Part shown: positions 51,283-64,000 of the stretch, one piece after another
Layout of the letters: each line of letters begins with the position of its first letter
Position numbering within the stretch: position 1 is the first letter of the stretch
Source: Malacoraja senta
Taxonomy: Eukaryota
Assembly (NCBI GenBank): GCA_038087875.1
Contig: CM075993.1
Coordinates: 9,116,001 to 9,180,000, forward strand
DNA: 64,000 nucleotides
Direction of reading: 5' to 3'
The notes under the pieces: generated by a model
Seen by the model: the letters and a program-made list of their open reading frames with translations, nothing else
What the model was told of the DNA's origin: nothing
Database searches by the model: none
Translations under genes and position numbers: made by a program

Positions 51283-52511
51283 TAGACACTGTGGTATGGT
51301 CTAATTTCTGAAGATAGGAACAGAATTTTTTTTCTTTATTCACTAAGGAAAATTCTATTCAATGTATTGTTAATGGTTGCTCTTAACTTGTTTGAAAGAA
51401 TGCCAGGGAAGGCTCATAAAAACACCATTAACTATTAATCGGAAGGTTAAGCTGAAAGTCTGATGTCATAGATCAAATTGCCACAATCCCTGGCACTGGT
51501 CAAGCATTGCACACCTCGAGCATGCTGTGCCTCTCCAGCCCTGGAGCCTCAACAGTTCCTGGCACAAACCAACCTGCAGCTGGGTCCAATACCAGAAAAC
51601 AAGGCACAGCTACAAGCCTGAAGGCCTCTTGAGATTGAACCGTGAAGGGGGGGGGGGCGAAACAGCTGGAGGCCAACATATGATTCAAAGAGAAAGAGCT
51701 GCTCTTCCTCCACCCAGAGGAAGATGACTAAACACCCTTAACACAACTGGTACCACCCTAACCCAGAGCTCAGAGGGAAATCTCACTGGAGTGCCAGTCC
51801 AGGCTGGAAGTCCAGTGTGATACTGAGGGAGAAGTGTACTGTGAAAAATCTTATTCTGGATCAGACACTCTTGCTGTTTCTTACATAGAAGTTAAAGATC
51901 CTGTTTGAAGACTCGGAAAGCTATTCTCGCTATGTCCATTCTAATATTTATACCTTATTATCTCGTCGTTCTCTCAATACTCTTTGAACATTTGCATCTT
52001 AGAGCCAGAGCCCTTGAATCTGCTTCGTTTTTGAATGAGATCAGAACTGATCTGATCTTTGCATCAATTTTTTTTCCTGCCTAACCTCATGACTCCGATT
52101 GTGGCATAGCTCAAAAATCTATTGCAACTTTGAATAAATAAATTACTCCACCTACATAGCTTTCTAGGGCAAATTCTTCCAACTTTCACAACTCCAGAGA
52201 GGAAATTCCTCATCTCTATTGTAAATGTGGAACATCTTATTCTGAAACAATAGTTTTAGATTCCTCCAGAAGGGTTGACATTCTCTCAAGCACCCCTCAG
52301 AATGTTACATACTTTAACTAAATCTCCTCAATCTTCTAAATTCCCAGTGCATGGGCCTATTCTATTCCATCTTTCTCATAACCCAGCTCCACTTATATTT
52401 TACAAATCAATCCAGTGAAACAGATTGGACATATGTATTCTTATAATGAGAGCAAAGCTGAACTCAGATTTCTAGATATGCTCTGTATAGACATCTCTAT
52501 AACCGTACACA

Positions 52512-53251
52512 TTATGGCGCCATTTGGCTGTGCAGCCGGTCACGGGCGACGCCGGTAAAGGGAAGTGGTACTACTTTCATCAGCGCTGGGGTTCTGCGGC
52601 CCATCAGTGCTGCCCACCCTGCTCGTATCTGAAAGACACTGGGGTCGGCTGCCAGTAGTCGCTGCGGCAGCCGGCCAGAAACACCGCCTCTACTCTTGGG
52701 ACGGACATTCAGGACGAAGGTTCCTCGTTGACGCGGGTGCAGAGGTTAGCGTGTTGCCCCCATCGGGGGTCGCCATTCGTTCCGGCAAGTGGGGGCCCTC
52801 TCTAACCGCAATAAATGGCAGCTCCATCCGGACGTATGGGGTTCGCACAGTCCCGCTCATCTTTGGCCACTGACATTTTACCTAGACTTTTACAGTTGCC
52901 GACGTCTCCCAGCCGTTGCTGGGCGCCGATTTCCTCCAGGCTCAATCCCTGTTGGTGGATGTGAGAGGGCAGCACCTCGTTCGTCTGCCATTTTGATTTC
53001 GTGCCTCCGGTTCTGCGGGGGGGTCCTGTGGTGCCACCTGGTGGTTAGGCCACTTACTGAATGAACCCTTGGCACGAGGACTGGCAGGGTCATGTGACTG
53101 TTTGGCGGGAAGAAGACGTCACAGGGTTGAGGGGTGTGCCCTGGTAGTTAGTCAGAACTCTGGGAGAACCTTCACCAGACGCGGGTGTGCGGTTCACTGT
53201 ATTGTTTAATAAAGATCACTTTAGATTCACAACGCATGGCTCGCTATAACA
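52512..53251 (+). mobile_element. Gypsy-type LTR retrotransposon remnant: gag end, protease, PPT and 3' LTR (53027-53251)
   Basis: YYFHQRWGSAAHQCCPPC knuckle remnant; FLVDAGAEVSVLP protease motif; G-run before TG; aataaa; ends in CA. Confidence 0.85.
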
Positions 53252-55301
53252 TGTTATTTTTTTACTCCCTTCTGCATTTCCATTACTCGCCTGAATTCCA
53301 ACATTATGTTTCTTGTTTAACTATACACAACTTTCTCTAAAAAACAATGTTTAATCATTTTGGACTTTTAAAAATTTTTTATTACATTATTTTATTGAAC
53401 ATGTTAAAAAAATACAAACACAAATAAACTTATAAGGAATGAAAAAGAAAATAAAACACAAAGGAAAACAAGCAAATAAGTACCTCAAATAATACAAATA
53501 ATATCGTTCATGTTCAAAAGGGGTAAGAAGAAGTTTGAGAACTTTTCTGGTCCTACCCCCTCTTATTTTCTATACATTTTCATGGAAAAACAAAATAATG
53601 GGAACAAATGGACCCAAAATCTGTTGAACAGTCCACAAACAAGAAATAACCAAACAGAAAAGAAAATCACTGGTCCGGCTCATAACCATTCAATCTTTTG
53701 TTTCTGAAGAGTGTTTTTAGTTTGAATAGTCTTACATTTTTTCAGCTCATCATGGCAGTTATTCCAGAGACTAACACCCTTTGCTGCAACACAATGGAGT
53801 TTTGCATTTAATTAATAGGCTGCTTTACTATTCTTCCTGTAGCAGGAACCTTATATCACTCCCTCTTCCATCTTTTGCCCCACCAGATTATAGCTTAATC
53901 TGTCTATAGTTATTTGCGAATACTCTATCTCACAACTTATTTTTTCTGTTATTTGTCTATCTTCCATCTGACTTGAAGCCAATACAGAGTCACGACTTCT
54001 AAGGTCTTTAATGTATACTGTAAATATTTGAAGCTGCAGCGCTCATTACACTAGTTACAGTTTGCCAACTTAAAAATTATTCATTTATCGCTGGTCATCC
54101 TTCTCTGTCAATTTACCAGCCTTCTGCTCATGGCAATGTATTATCTTCAATCCCATGAGTTCATCACCTGTGCAGTAACCTTTCACATGGCACCTTACAA
54201 TTGCCTTTCAAAAATCCAAACATACTATCTTCATTGGCTCCCCTTACCTTTCTTACCACTGACCCCACAAGAGACCTCTAGTAAATTTACTACTCAAGAT
54301 TATCCCTATCATAAAATCATGTTGACTCTGGCTAATCATTTTATGTTCGTCTTAGTTCTCTGTTATCACTTCTTTAAAAAGACCTCCGGCCTTTTCCAGA
54401 CAAATGACATTAGGTTAACTGGCCTGTGGTTTCTCTCACTCCTTTCTTGAAGACGGGTGATAAATTTGTTCTTGATCCACTGGAACATTTCCAGAATCTA
54501 ATGAATTTGTTGTCTACAAATTGGTGGCTGTGTTTCATACAACAATAAATAAACTTTCAAATAACATTCGCTATAAAAATGCTTTAATGTTTTGCAAGAT
54601 CATCAAAAAGCTTATAAGAGAGTTCTTTAAAAGATTTGGCCCATACCCCTCTAAATCATTCCAATCCAAATATATCTGCCTAAAAAATAACACAAAGTGC
54701 TGGAATAACTCAGCAGGTCAGGCAGCATTTCTGGAGGATATGCATAGGTGACATTTCGGGTCAGGACCCATCTATCCATTCCAAATGGCTTTTAAAAGCC
54801 ATTGTTATATCTGCTTCTATAGCTCTGACGCTTCAAATGCTTTATCCTGGAACAAGATTGAGAGTTGCATTTAACAGGACTGAGCTACTGCTACATCTGC
54901 CTCCACCCTGACCTCAGGATTTTGAAGTTGGTATTGGAGATCCAGTATAGAGGACATGGTCAATAGAGGAAAGAGACATTCTAAGGACCTAGTATAGTGT
55001 TGACCTCAGCTGCATGCACTTTGTTTCAATAATTCATTTACTCCACACGGAAATAAAAACAAGCCAATTTCAAGCCATAGCCATGTTGCTGCTTTGTTTC
55101 GATTGTCAATCACACCAAACGCAACTTGATAGACCCATCTATCTACGTGGTCACCTGAGATTAATTCAGCAGACGAGAATCTAATTTTTCTGTCTTTTCA
55201 CTTATTTTGTGAGTGAATTTCAAAGGAAATCCAAGCTTTCAAATAAACTGCTACTGACTTGGTTTCCATGAACTCTGATCCTGTGACATTACTTATCCAA
55301 C

Positions 55302-57570
55302 CTACTGGACCTAGGGTTGAGATTTTTGTTTGGAGAAAGGCTAACTTTGAGGAGATGCGAAAGGATTTAAAAGGAGTGAATTGGGACATGTTGTTTTATG
55401 GGAAGGATGTAGAAGAAAAATGGAGGACATTTAAGGGTGAAATTTTAAGAGTACAGAATCTTTATGTCCCTGTTCGGTTGAAAGGAAATAGTAAAAAATG
55501 GAAAGAGCCATGGTTTTCAAGGGAAATTGGACACTTGGTTCGGAAAAAGAGAGAGATCTACAATAATTATAGGCAGCATGGAGTAAATGAGGTGCTTGAG
55601 GAGTATAAAGAATGTAAAAAGAATATTAAGAAAGAAATTAGAAAAGCTAAAAGAAGATATGAGGTTGCTTTGGCAAGTAAGGTGAAAGTAAATCCAAAGG
55701 GTTTCTACAGCTATATTAATAGCAAAAGGATAACAAGGAATAAAATCGGTCCATTAGAGAGTCAGAGTGGACAGCTATCTGCAGAGCCAAAAGAGATGGG
55801 GGAGATATTGAACAATTTATTTTCTTCGGTATTCACGAAGGAGAAGGATATGGAATTATGTGAGGTAAGGGAAACGAGCAGAGTAGCAATGGAAACTGTG
55901 AGATTCAAAGAAGAGGAGGTGCGGACACTTTTGAAAAATATGAAAACGGATAAGTCTCCAGGTCCTGACAGGATATTCCCTAGGACATTGAGGGAAGTTA
56001 GTGTAGAAATAGCAGGGGCTATGACAGAAATATTTCAAATGTCATTAGAAACGGGAATAGTGCCGGAGGATTGGCGTACTGCGCATGTTGTTCCGTTGTT
56101 TAAAAAGGGTTCGAAGAGTAAACCTAGCAATTATAGACCTGTTAGTTTGACGTCAGTGGTGGGCAAATTAATGGAAAGGATACTTAAAGATAATATATAT
56201 AAGCAACTGGATAAGCAGGGTCTGATTAGGAACAGTCAACATGGATTTGTGCCTGGAAGGTCATGCTTGACTAATCTTCTTGAATTTTTCGAAGAGGTTA
56301 CTAGGGAAATTGATGAGGGTAAAGCAGTGGATGTTGTCTATATGGACTTCAGTAAGGCCTTTGACAAGGTTCCTCATGGAAGGTTGGTTAAGAAGATTCA
56401 ATTGTTGGGTATTAATGGTGGAGTAGCAAGATGGATTCAACAGTGGCTGAATGGGAGATGCCAGAGAGTAATGGTGGATGGCTGTTTGTCAGGTTGGAGG
56501 CCGGTGACTAGTGGGGTGCCTCAGGGGTCTGTGTTGGGTCCACTGTTGTTTGTCATGTACATCAATGATCTGGATGAAGGTGTGGAAAATTGGATTAGTA
56601 AGTATGCAGATGATACTAAGATAATGTTGTGGATAATGAAGTAGATTTTCAAAGTCTACAGAGAGATTTAGGCCATTTGGAAAAGTGGGCTGAAAGATGG
56701 CAGATGGAGTTTAATGCTGACAAATGTGAGGTGCTACATCTCGGCAGGACAAATCAAAATAGGACGTACACGGTAAATGGTAGCGAATTGAGGAATGCAG
56801 TTGAACAGAGGGATCTAGGAATAACTGTGCATAGTTCCCTGAAGGTGGAATCTCATGTAGATAGGGTGGTAAAGAAAGCTTTTGGTGTGCTGGCCTTTAT
56901 AAATCAGAGCATTGAATATAGAAGTTGGGATGTAATGTTAAAATTGTACAAGGCATTGGTGAGGCCAATTCTGGAGTATGGAGTACAATTTTGGTCGCCT
57001 AATTATAGGAAGGATGTCAACAAAATAGAGAGAGTACAGAGGAGATTTACTAGAATGTTGCCTGGGTTTCAGCAACTAAGTTACAGAGAAAGGTTGAACA
57101 AGTTAGGTCTTTATTCTTTGGAGCGCAGAAGGTTAAGAGGGGACTTGATAGAGGTCTTTAAAATTATGAGCGGGTTAGACAGAGTGGACGTGGATAAGCT
57201 TTTCCCATTGAGAGTAGGGAAGATTCAAACAAGGGGACATGGCTTGAGAATTAAGGGACAGAAGTTTAGGGGGAACATTAGGGGGAAGTTCTTTACTCAG
57301 AGAGTGGTAGCTGTGTGGAATGAGCTTCCAGTAGAAGTGGTGGAGGCAGGTTCGATGTTATCCTTTAAAAATAGATTGGATGGGTATATGGACGGGAAAG
57401 GAATGGAGGGTTATGGTCTGAGTGCAGGTAGATGGGACTAGGGGGAAGTATTTTATTTTTAATTTTTTTTTTTTAAATAAAAAAAATTTAAATGTTCGGC
57501 ACGGACTTGAAGGGCCGAGATGGCCTGTTTCCGTGCTGTTATGGTTATATGGTTATATGGTTATATGGTT
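55302..57570 (+). mobile_element. Young 5'-truncated CR1 LINE, ORF2 split by one frameshift just after YADD
   Basis: 461-aa and 270-aa ORFs with complete RT motifs; (ttatatgg)n tail. Confidence 0.97.
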
Positions 57571-58094
57571 ACTAATCTTCAGAGAACCTACTTCCATTCA
57601 GTTGAGAAAATGTTGCTGAATCAACTGCTTTAAAAACATCTTCTCGATCCTCCAGAAAATATTTTGTGGTGGCAGAATCTGGAGGTGTGCCAGCTTCAAG
57701 AGCCTGAAGTTGAGGATTGAAAATGGCTGCATGCAGTTACTCAGTGCTGGGAAAGGGGATTCACTCATCCTGACAGTAAACCTGTATTTAGCAGAAGACA
57801 ACGAACTAATCTAATTTTGAAACATTAACTCTATTTCTCTCTCTCTGCAGATGCTAATTTATCTGATGAACATCTCAGCAGTTCCTGCTCTTCCTTTAGA
57901 TGGTGGAATTTGGAGGATTTTTTTAGACATCATTTGTGAATTTGTGGTACCTTTTATTAGTAGCACATATCTCCAAAGGATATAGGGAGGCCGGGAACAC
58001 TGCTGCTCAGTAGACCACGTATTTTGTGCTGGATTTGAGGTCTTGATCTTCAAACCCTTCTGTTCCTCAAAGACTATTGATGATAGGGAAGGTG

Positions 58095-61000
58095 ATGCAA
58101 GCAAGTTCATTAGACAGGTTAGGCAGGAGCATGGCAGGTAGCAAGAGAGTACAGTTGGATGAAATTGCTTTTATTTCAATGCAAGAGGCCTGACAGGTAA
58201 GGCGGATGAACTCAGGGCATGGGTTGGCACGTGCAACTGGGATGTTATCGCCTTTCCAGAAACCTGGTTAAAGGAGGACAGGACAGGTGGTCCAGGCGAG
58301 TAGGAGGTGGGGGTAAAAGTGATGGGAATGTTGCTTTACTGTCCAAAGAGAACGGCATTGCAGTAGTGTAGATGACATTACTGATGTTTCATCCAGTGAA
58401 GCTACAAGGGAGCTGAGAAATAAAAAGTGGATAATCACGTTGGGAGTGTAGTACAGGCCCACACACAGCCAACAAGAATTAGAACAGATATGCTAGGAGG
58501 AAAAAAAGACACAAAGTGCTGGAGTATCAACAGGTCAGGCAGCATCTCTGGAGAGATACTCCAAAGATTTTTCCTAATATACTGCCTGGCACACTGAGTT
58601 ATTCCAGCAGTTTGTGTCTTTTTTGCAAACCAGCATCTGCAGTTCCTTGTTTCTAAATATGTCAGGAGATTGCAGGCAGCTGCAAGACTAATAGGATTAT
58701 CATAGTAGGAGATATTAACGTTCCCAATATAGACTGGGACAGCCATGGTGCCAAGAGCTTAGACGAGGTGGAATTTGTCAAATGTGTTCAGGAAAGTTTT
58801 CTTAGGCAATATGTGGAGGAACCCTACAAGGGAAAGGCAAATCCTGACCTCCTCTTAGGTAATTGGTGTAGATTAACCCTTATTAATCCATGCCAGCTAA
58901 ACAATTGGGAAGGGCAAGTGATGAAGCATAGTGGGTGAACCTTTTGGGACCAGTGACCACAGTTCTATAGCTTTACAATAGTTATGTATAAGGACAGGGC
59001 GGGCCCACAAGTTAAAATTCTGAATTTGGGCAAGGGGAACTTTGATGGTATTGTACAGGAACTTGCTAAAGTAGATTGGAGTATATAGTTTGCGGGCAAA
59101 GGGACAACTGGAAAGTGGGATGCTTTTAAGTGTGATGTTGAGAGTTCAAAGCGTGCTTCTGCCTGTTAGAGTGAAAAGCAAGGCAGCTATACGGAGGTTT
59201 AGATGACAAGAGAAATTAAGGCTCTGAAAAAGGAGGCATGAGCCAGGTAAAGGCAGCTGGGATCAAGTGCATAACTAGAGGAGTTTAGGTGACTGAAAAG
59301 CATACTGAAGAAATAAATTATGAGAACAAAAAAGGGGCAGGAGATAACTCTGGTTAAATGAAAATCCAAAGATATTTGTACTGATCCCTTAAGTACATTA
59401 AGGAAAAGAGGGTAGAGAGAGAAACTGAAACTAAAACTGTCATCGACGTGTAGTCACAGTGGATGTGGAAGGTCTTCAATGAGTATCTCTCTTATGTTTT
59501 AGCTGCGGAAAAAGACATGAACTTGAGGGAACTTAGGACTGATAATGGCGATGTCTTGAGGACAGTCCACATTACTGTCGAAGAGGTGCTGGATGTCCAA
59601 AGGCGTATTAAGATACATAAATCTCCCGGGCCTGATCAGATATATAGGATTTAAGAAGGAACTGCAGATGCATCTATGGAGCGAAGTCTGAAGAAGGGTT
59701 TCGGCCCGAAACGTTGCCTATTTCCTTCGCTCCATAGATGCTGCTGCACCCACTGAGTTTCTCCAGCATTTTTGTCTACCTCAGATATATAGGATGCTAT
59801 GGGAAGCTTGTGAATAAATTGCAGGTGCCTGGCTGAGATCTATGGATCATTGTTAGACACAGGCGAGGGGCTGGAAGACTGGGGGGTGGATGATGTTGTG
59901 CCTATATTTTAAAAGGGCGGCCTGTAAATTATAGATCCGTGAGCCTAATATCTGTGGTAGGTAAATGGAAATGATTCTGGGGGATAATATATATATGCAG
60001 TTGGATAGACAGGCTCAGTGTTAGCTGTGAGGCGGATGCTAGGAGACTGCAAGGTGACTTGGATAGGCTGGGTGAGTGGGCAAATGCAGTATAATGTGGA
60101 TAAATGTGAGGTTATCCACTTTGGTGGCAAAAACAGGAAAGCAGACTATTATCTAAATGGTGGCCGATTAGGAAAAGGGGAGATGCAGCGAGACCTGGGT
60201 ATCATGGTACACCAGTCATTGAAAGTAGGCATGCAGGTGCAGCAGGCAGTGAAGAAAGTGAATGGTATGTTAGCTTTCATAGCAAAAGGATTTGAGTGTA
60301 GGAGCAGGGAGGTTCTACTGCAGTTGTACAGGGTCTTGGTGAGACCACACCTGGAGTATTGCGTACAGTTTTGGTCTCCAAATCTGAGGAAGGACATTAT
60401 TGCCATGGAGGGAGTGCAGAGAAGGTTCACCAGACTGATTCCTGGGATGTCAGGACTTTCCAATGAAGAAAGACTGGATAGACTCGGCTTATACTCGCTA
60501 GAATTTAGGAGATTGAGAGGGGATCTTATAGAAACTTACAAAATTCTTATGGGGTTGGACAGGCTAGATGCAGGAAGATTGTTCCCGATGTTGGGGAAGT
60601 CCAGGACAAGGGGTCACAGCTTAAGGATAAGGGGGAAATCCTTTAAGACCGAGATGAGAAAAACATTTTCCACACAGAGTGGTGAATCTCTGGAACTCTC
60701 TGCCAGAGGGTAGTTGAGGCCAGTTCATTGGCTATATTTAAGAGGGAGTTAGATGTGGCCCTTGTGGCTAAAGGGATCAGAGGGTATGGAGAGAAGGCAG
60801 GTACGGGATACTGAGTTGGATGATCAGCCATGATCATATTGAATGGCGGTGCAGGCTCGAAGGGCCGAATGGCCTACTCCTGCACCTAATTTCTATGTTT
60901 CTATATTGAATGGCGGTGCAGGCTCGAAGGGCCGAATGGCCTACTCCTGCACCTATTTTCTCTGTATCTATGTATAAGGGATAAGCATGGTAATGTACAT

Positions 61001-61575
61001 AGATCATGTCTTATGAAGTTGAGTGAGTTTTTTGAAGAAGTAATGAGTTGATGAAGACGTAAACATCCACATGGGTTTCCGTGAGGCCTTTGATAAGATT
61101 CCATATTGTTGGCTGCTCTGGAAGGTTAGCTTGCATGGTATCGAAGGAGAGCTAGCTAATTGAATACAGAATTGGCTTCATGGAAGGAAGCAGTGATGGA
61201 AGGTTGTTTTCAGACTGGGGGCCTTTGACTAGTGGTGTGCCCCAGGGATTGGTGCTGGGTCCATTGCTGTTTGTGATTTAGATGAAAATGTACAAGGCAT
61301 GATTAGTAAGTTTGCGGATGACACTAAGTTAGGTTGTAACATAGACAGCGAAGATGGTTATCTAAAATTACAGCTGGATCTTGATCAGCTGGCCAAGTGA
61401 ACTGATGGAGTTTAACGTAGATCAGTGTGCGATATTGCAATTTGGGAAGTCAAACCAGGCAGGACCTTCATGGTAGAGCCCTGGGGTGTGTTGTAGAACA
61501 GGGCGATCTAGTACAGGTACATTGTTTCCTGAAAGTGGCATCAGAGATAAATAGGGCTGAAGGGTCTTTCTATAC
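58095..61575 (+). mobile_element. Old CR1 LINE (APE to RT) with nested PLE fragments and a young CR1 at about 60016-60962
   Basis: YFNARGL, IIIVGDINVPNIDW, KSPGPDQIY, FADDTK; PLE insert 59651-59780 with 15-bp TSD tcagatatataggat. Confidence 0.85.
59684..59719 (+). ncRNA. Minimal hammerhead ribozyme motif
   Basis: CTGAAGAagggtttcggcccGAAACGTTgcct, identical core to 5350. Confidence 0.65.
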
Positions 61576-61965
61576 TGTATGACTATAATGCATGGCAGTG
61601 GTAAATTTCATTAGCAATGTCTGCCATTCCTGAGGTGGCTCCATAGGTATACTCTTCCTGAGACTTTGTGTGAATCTTTATAAGCATAGCATTATGCACA
61701 GATGCACAGCACTAATAGCATTGTGCAGAGTTCAAGTTGGTTTGGACCATCATCCAACAGGTGTTTATTGTAGGGCCGGTCTGTTGTATGCTTCAGTGAA
61801 CGGATTGACTACAACAAAGTTTGATCTCCAAGTGTCCACGTAAGCAAGAATCATCTAACCAACTCCATGAATGCTCTCCACCACTTGGAATGTCATGACC
61901 ACCTCTATGGGACTGTACACTAGCAGGTCAAATAAAGTTAGTCAATAAAATGTGATTATTGCATG

Positions 61966-62600
61966 TTCAAGATGGCGGTGCCTCACGGCTGTCTTTTTTA
62001 AATTTTTGTCCTGTTGAGTGTAGTTTGGTTGTAGTTTATATATTATTTTTAGCTGTGTATATGTGGGGGGCGCGGGAAACTTTTGAATCTCTTCCCCTGT
62101 CGGGTCTCCGTTGTTGTTGGGGCTAGCACCATGGAGCGGCCTCCAACCGGAACGACCTGGGGGCTCCGGTCGCGGACTCACCATTGTGGAGCTGGCTGGC
62201 TTCGGAGCGTGGAGAGCTGTGGTGGTGCGTGGCCGCGACCTGACATCGGGAGCTCGCGGGTCCCTGGTGGGAGACCGCTTTTCAGAGCTCTCGCAACGGC
62301 AACTTCTCCCTCCCGAATTACGGGGTTGAGAATGACCTGGAGCGGGGCCTTACATCGCCCGGCGCGGCTTTAACGGCCGCGGGACTTGCTATCGCCCGCC
62401 GGTGGCTTTAACATTGGGAGAAGAATGGAAAACAAGGGAAATACAATGACTTTGCCTTCCATCACAGTGAGGAGATTCACTGTGATGGATGTTTGCATAA
62501 ATTGTGTGTCTTGGTTTTTTTGTTGTATGACTGCAGAAACCAAATTTCGTTTGAACATCATTTGAGGTTCAAATGACAATAAACGGTATTGTATTGTATG
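61966..62600 (+). mobile_element. Apparently full-length non-coding GC-rich retroelement
   Basis: Starts caagatggcgg, ends aataaa...(gtatt)n; possible TSD tattg(c/t)atg at 61957-61965 and 62592-62600. Confidence 0.7.
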
Positions 62601-62974
62601 ACAAAAGGTGGAGTAGATGGACCTGGGTCTTTGTTTTCCAATAAGTACAGCTGCTAGTTATCAGTGATCCAGAAATTAACTGGTGCAAAAAGAATAATTT
62701 TATTAAGGTTGTATTTGGTGGCAAACAATTTAAACAAAACTAAATTAATATTCAATTTCTTGGCTGCTTTTCCAAAGATTTCTTAACACTAAGTTGCTCA
62801 GGAGACTTTAGGGTACCAGTAATCTGGAACATCAGAATTAATTGGGTAATGGATCATGTTATGATAATTTTATTTTACAGGAAGAATCACACAGCTGTAA
62901 TTCTAGTCAGGATATCACAGAAAGATAAGTGCACTCACCAAGTAGTACTTACATTTATATTTACCTGGACTATT

Positions 62975-63490
62975 CAGGAAGCATCATTTTGGGTCAAGAC
63001 CCTTCTTCAGAATGATGGGAGAAAGCTGGTGGAGGAATGTGAGGGAAGGGGTGGGCAAGTACTAGCAAGAGATAGATGGATTCAGGTGATTAGCAGACGT
63101 GTATGGTGAGATGGTTACAGATAGTAACCAAGGCTGTAGCTGATGTGGAATAAACAAAGTTGCGGATGTGAAATTTGAAGATGAACGAAGATGGGAGTGA
63201 AATATAGAACCAGAGAGAGGGATAGCAAATGGAAGGCAGAATATGACGTACTTTGCTTCCATTTTGTGTGTGGACTCACTCTAGCAGTGGGGAAGGCTGG
63301 TACAAAAAGGTCTGTATGGGAATGGAAATTCAAATGGTTAATAACCAAGACCTGAGCCAGGCCTTGGCAAACAGAGCACAAGTATTCAGTGAAACTATCG
63401 CTTGGTCTTGCTGATGTCGAGGCCACAATGAGACCTGAATGAAATAGGCAAGGTTGAAGCAGGTGCCAGTAAATTACTCTCACCTGGAAA
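62975..63490 (-). mobile_element. Old degenerate Penelope-like 3' part
   Basis: DSFTEYLCSV...HSHTDLFV; degenerate hammerhead core at about 62985-63010. Confidence 0.75.
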
Positions 63491-64000
63491 ATGAAGCCTC
63501 AATGTGGCACTACTTCATTACTTAGCCAGACTTGGTTTCCTGTGTCTCTAATCATTTTGCCCTCATTTACCCAAACAGCCTTCGCAAAGCTGCGTGTGTG
63601 TATATATTAGAAAATATTAGAAATCTGTGTAATAGCAACCAATATATTTATCACCACAGGGAACTACCTAAAAGCATCTGTAACCTTTTAATCAAATCTT
63701 GCACTCCCAGTATATAACTGCATACACTACAATCCCAACCTCAAGCATCTGGGAACCTGCCCACATAAGGTAGGTGAAGCTAACCAAGGATGTGCTAATA
63801 AAGCTTCACTCAATTAATGCCCAGTTGGGAAATACACAGAGGTCTCTCTGCTGTGGCCACAATAAACATGACCAAGTTTCATAAGGTGGAGGAAATTCCA
63901 TTTGATTTTAAGGTGTCTTTCCTATCCATGATTTTTTGCTCAAGTATTCAGAGCCTCATTCCCAAGATTATAAAGAACAGCTGTAAAGACACAAAGTGGG

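Noticed and set aside
55259..57441. Large RT ORFs as a domesticated gene or retron-like system
   Set aside because: Ordinary 5'-truncated CR1 with a frameshift right after YADD and a normal repeat tail

Overview
This is eukaryotic (vertebrate) DNA, not prokaryotic. HE1/V-SINE-type SINEs with CR1-derived tails suggest a cartilaginous fish, probably a skate or ray (inference). The window is mostly layered transposon debris: CR1-clade LINEs, one L2, Rex1/Babar and L1-type fragments, Penelope-like elements (PLEs), Tc1/mariner IR/DR elements, PIF/Harbinger-like MITEs and a deleted Gypsy LTR element. Most listed ORFs are TE fragments or chance frames, and I recognise no host gene. Most notable: (1) a TA-flanked Tc1 element (29448-31164) whose 5' interior is replaced by an 820-bp near-identical copy of a locus 4.9 kb upstream; (2) many minimal hammerhead-ribozyme cores in PLE termini, often back-to-back on both strands; (3) candidate 18/15/12-nt plus-strand microexons leading to a putative terminal exon; (4) a direct-inverted-direct triplication at a Harbinger MITE end; (5) an L2 RT frame open for about 600 codons despite apparent deletions. 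Boundaries of old elements are approximate. Junctions with quoted TSDs were read directly.
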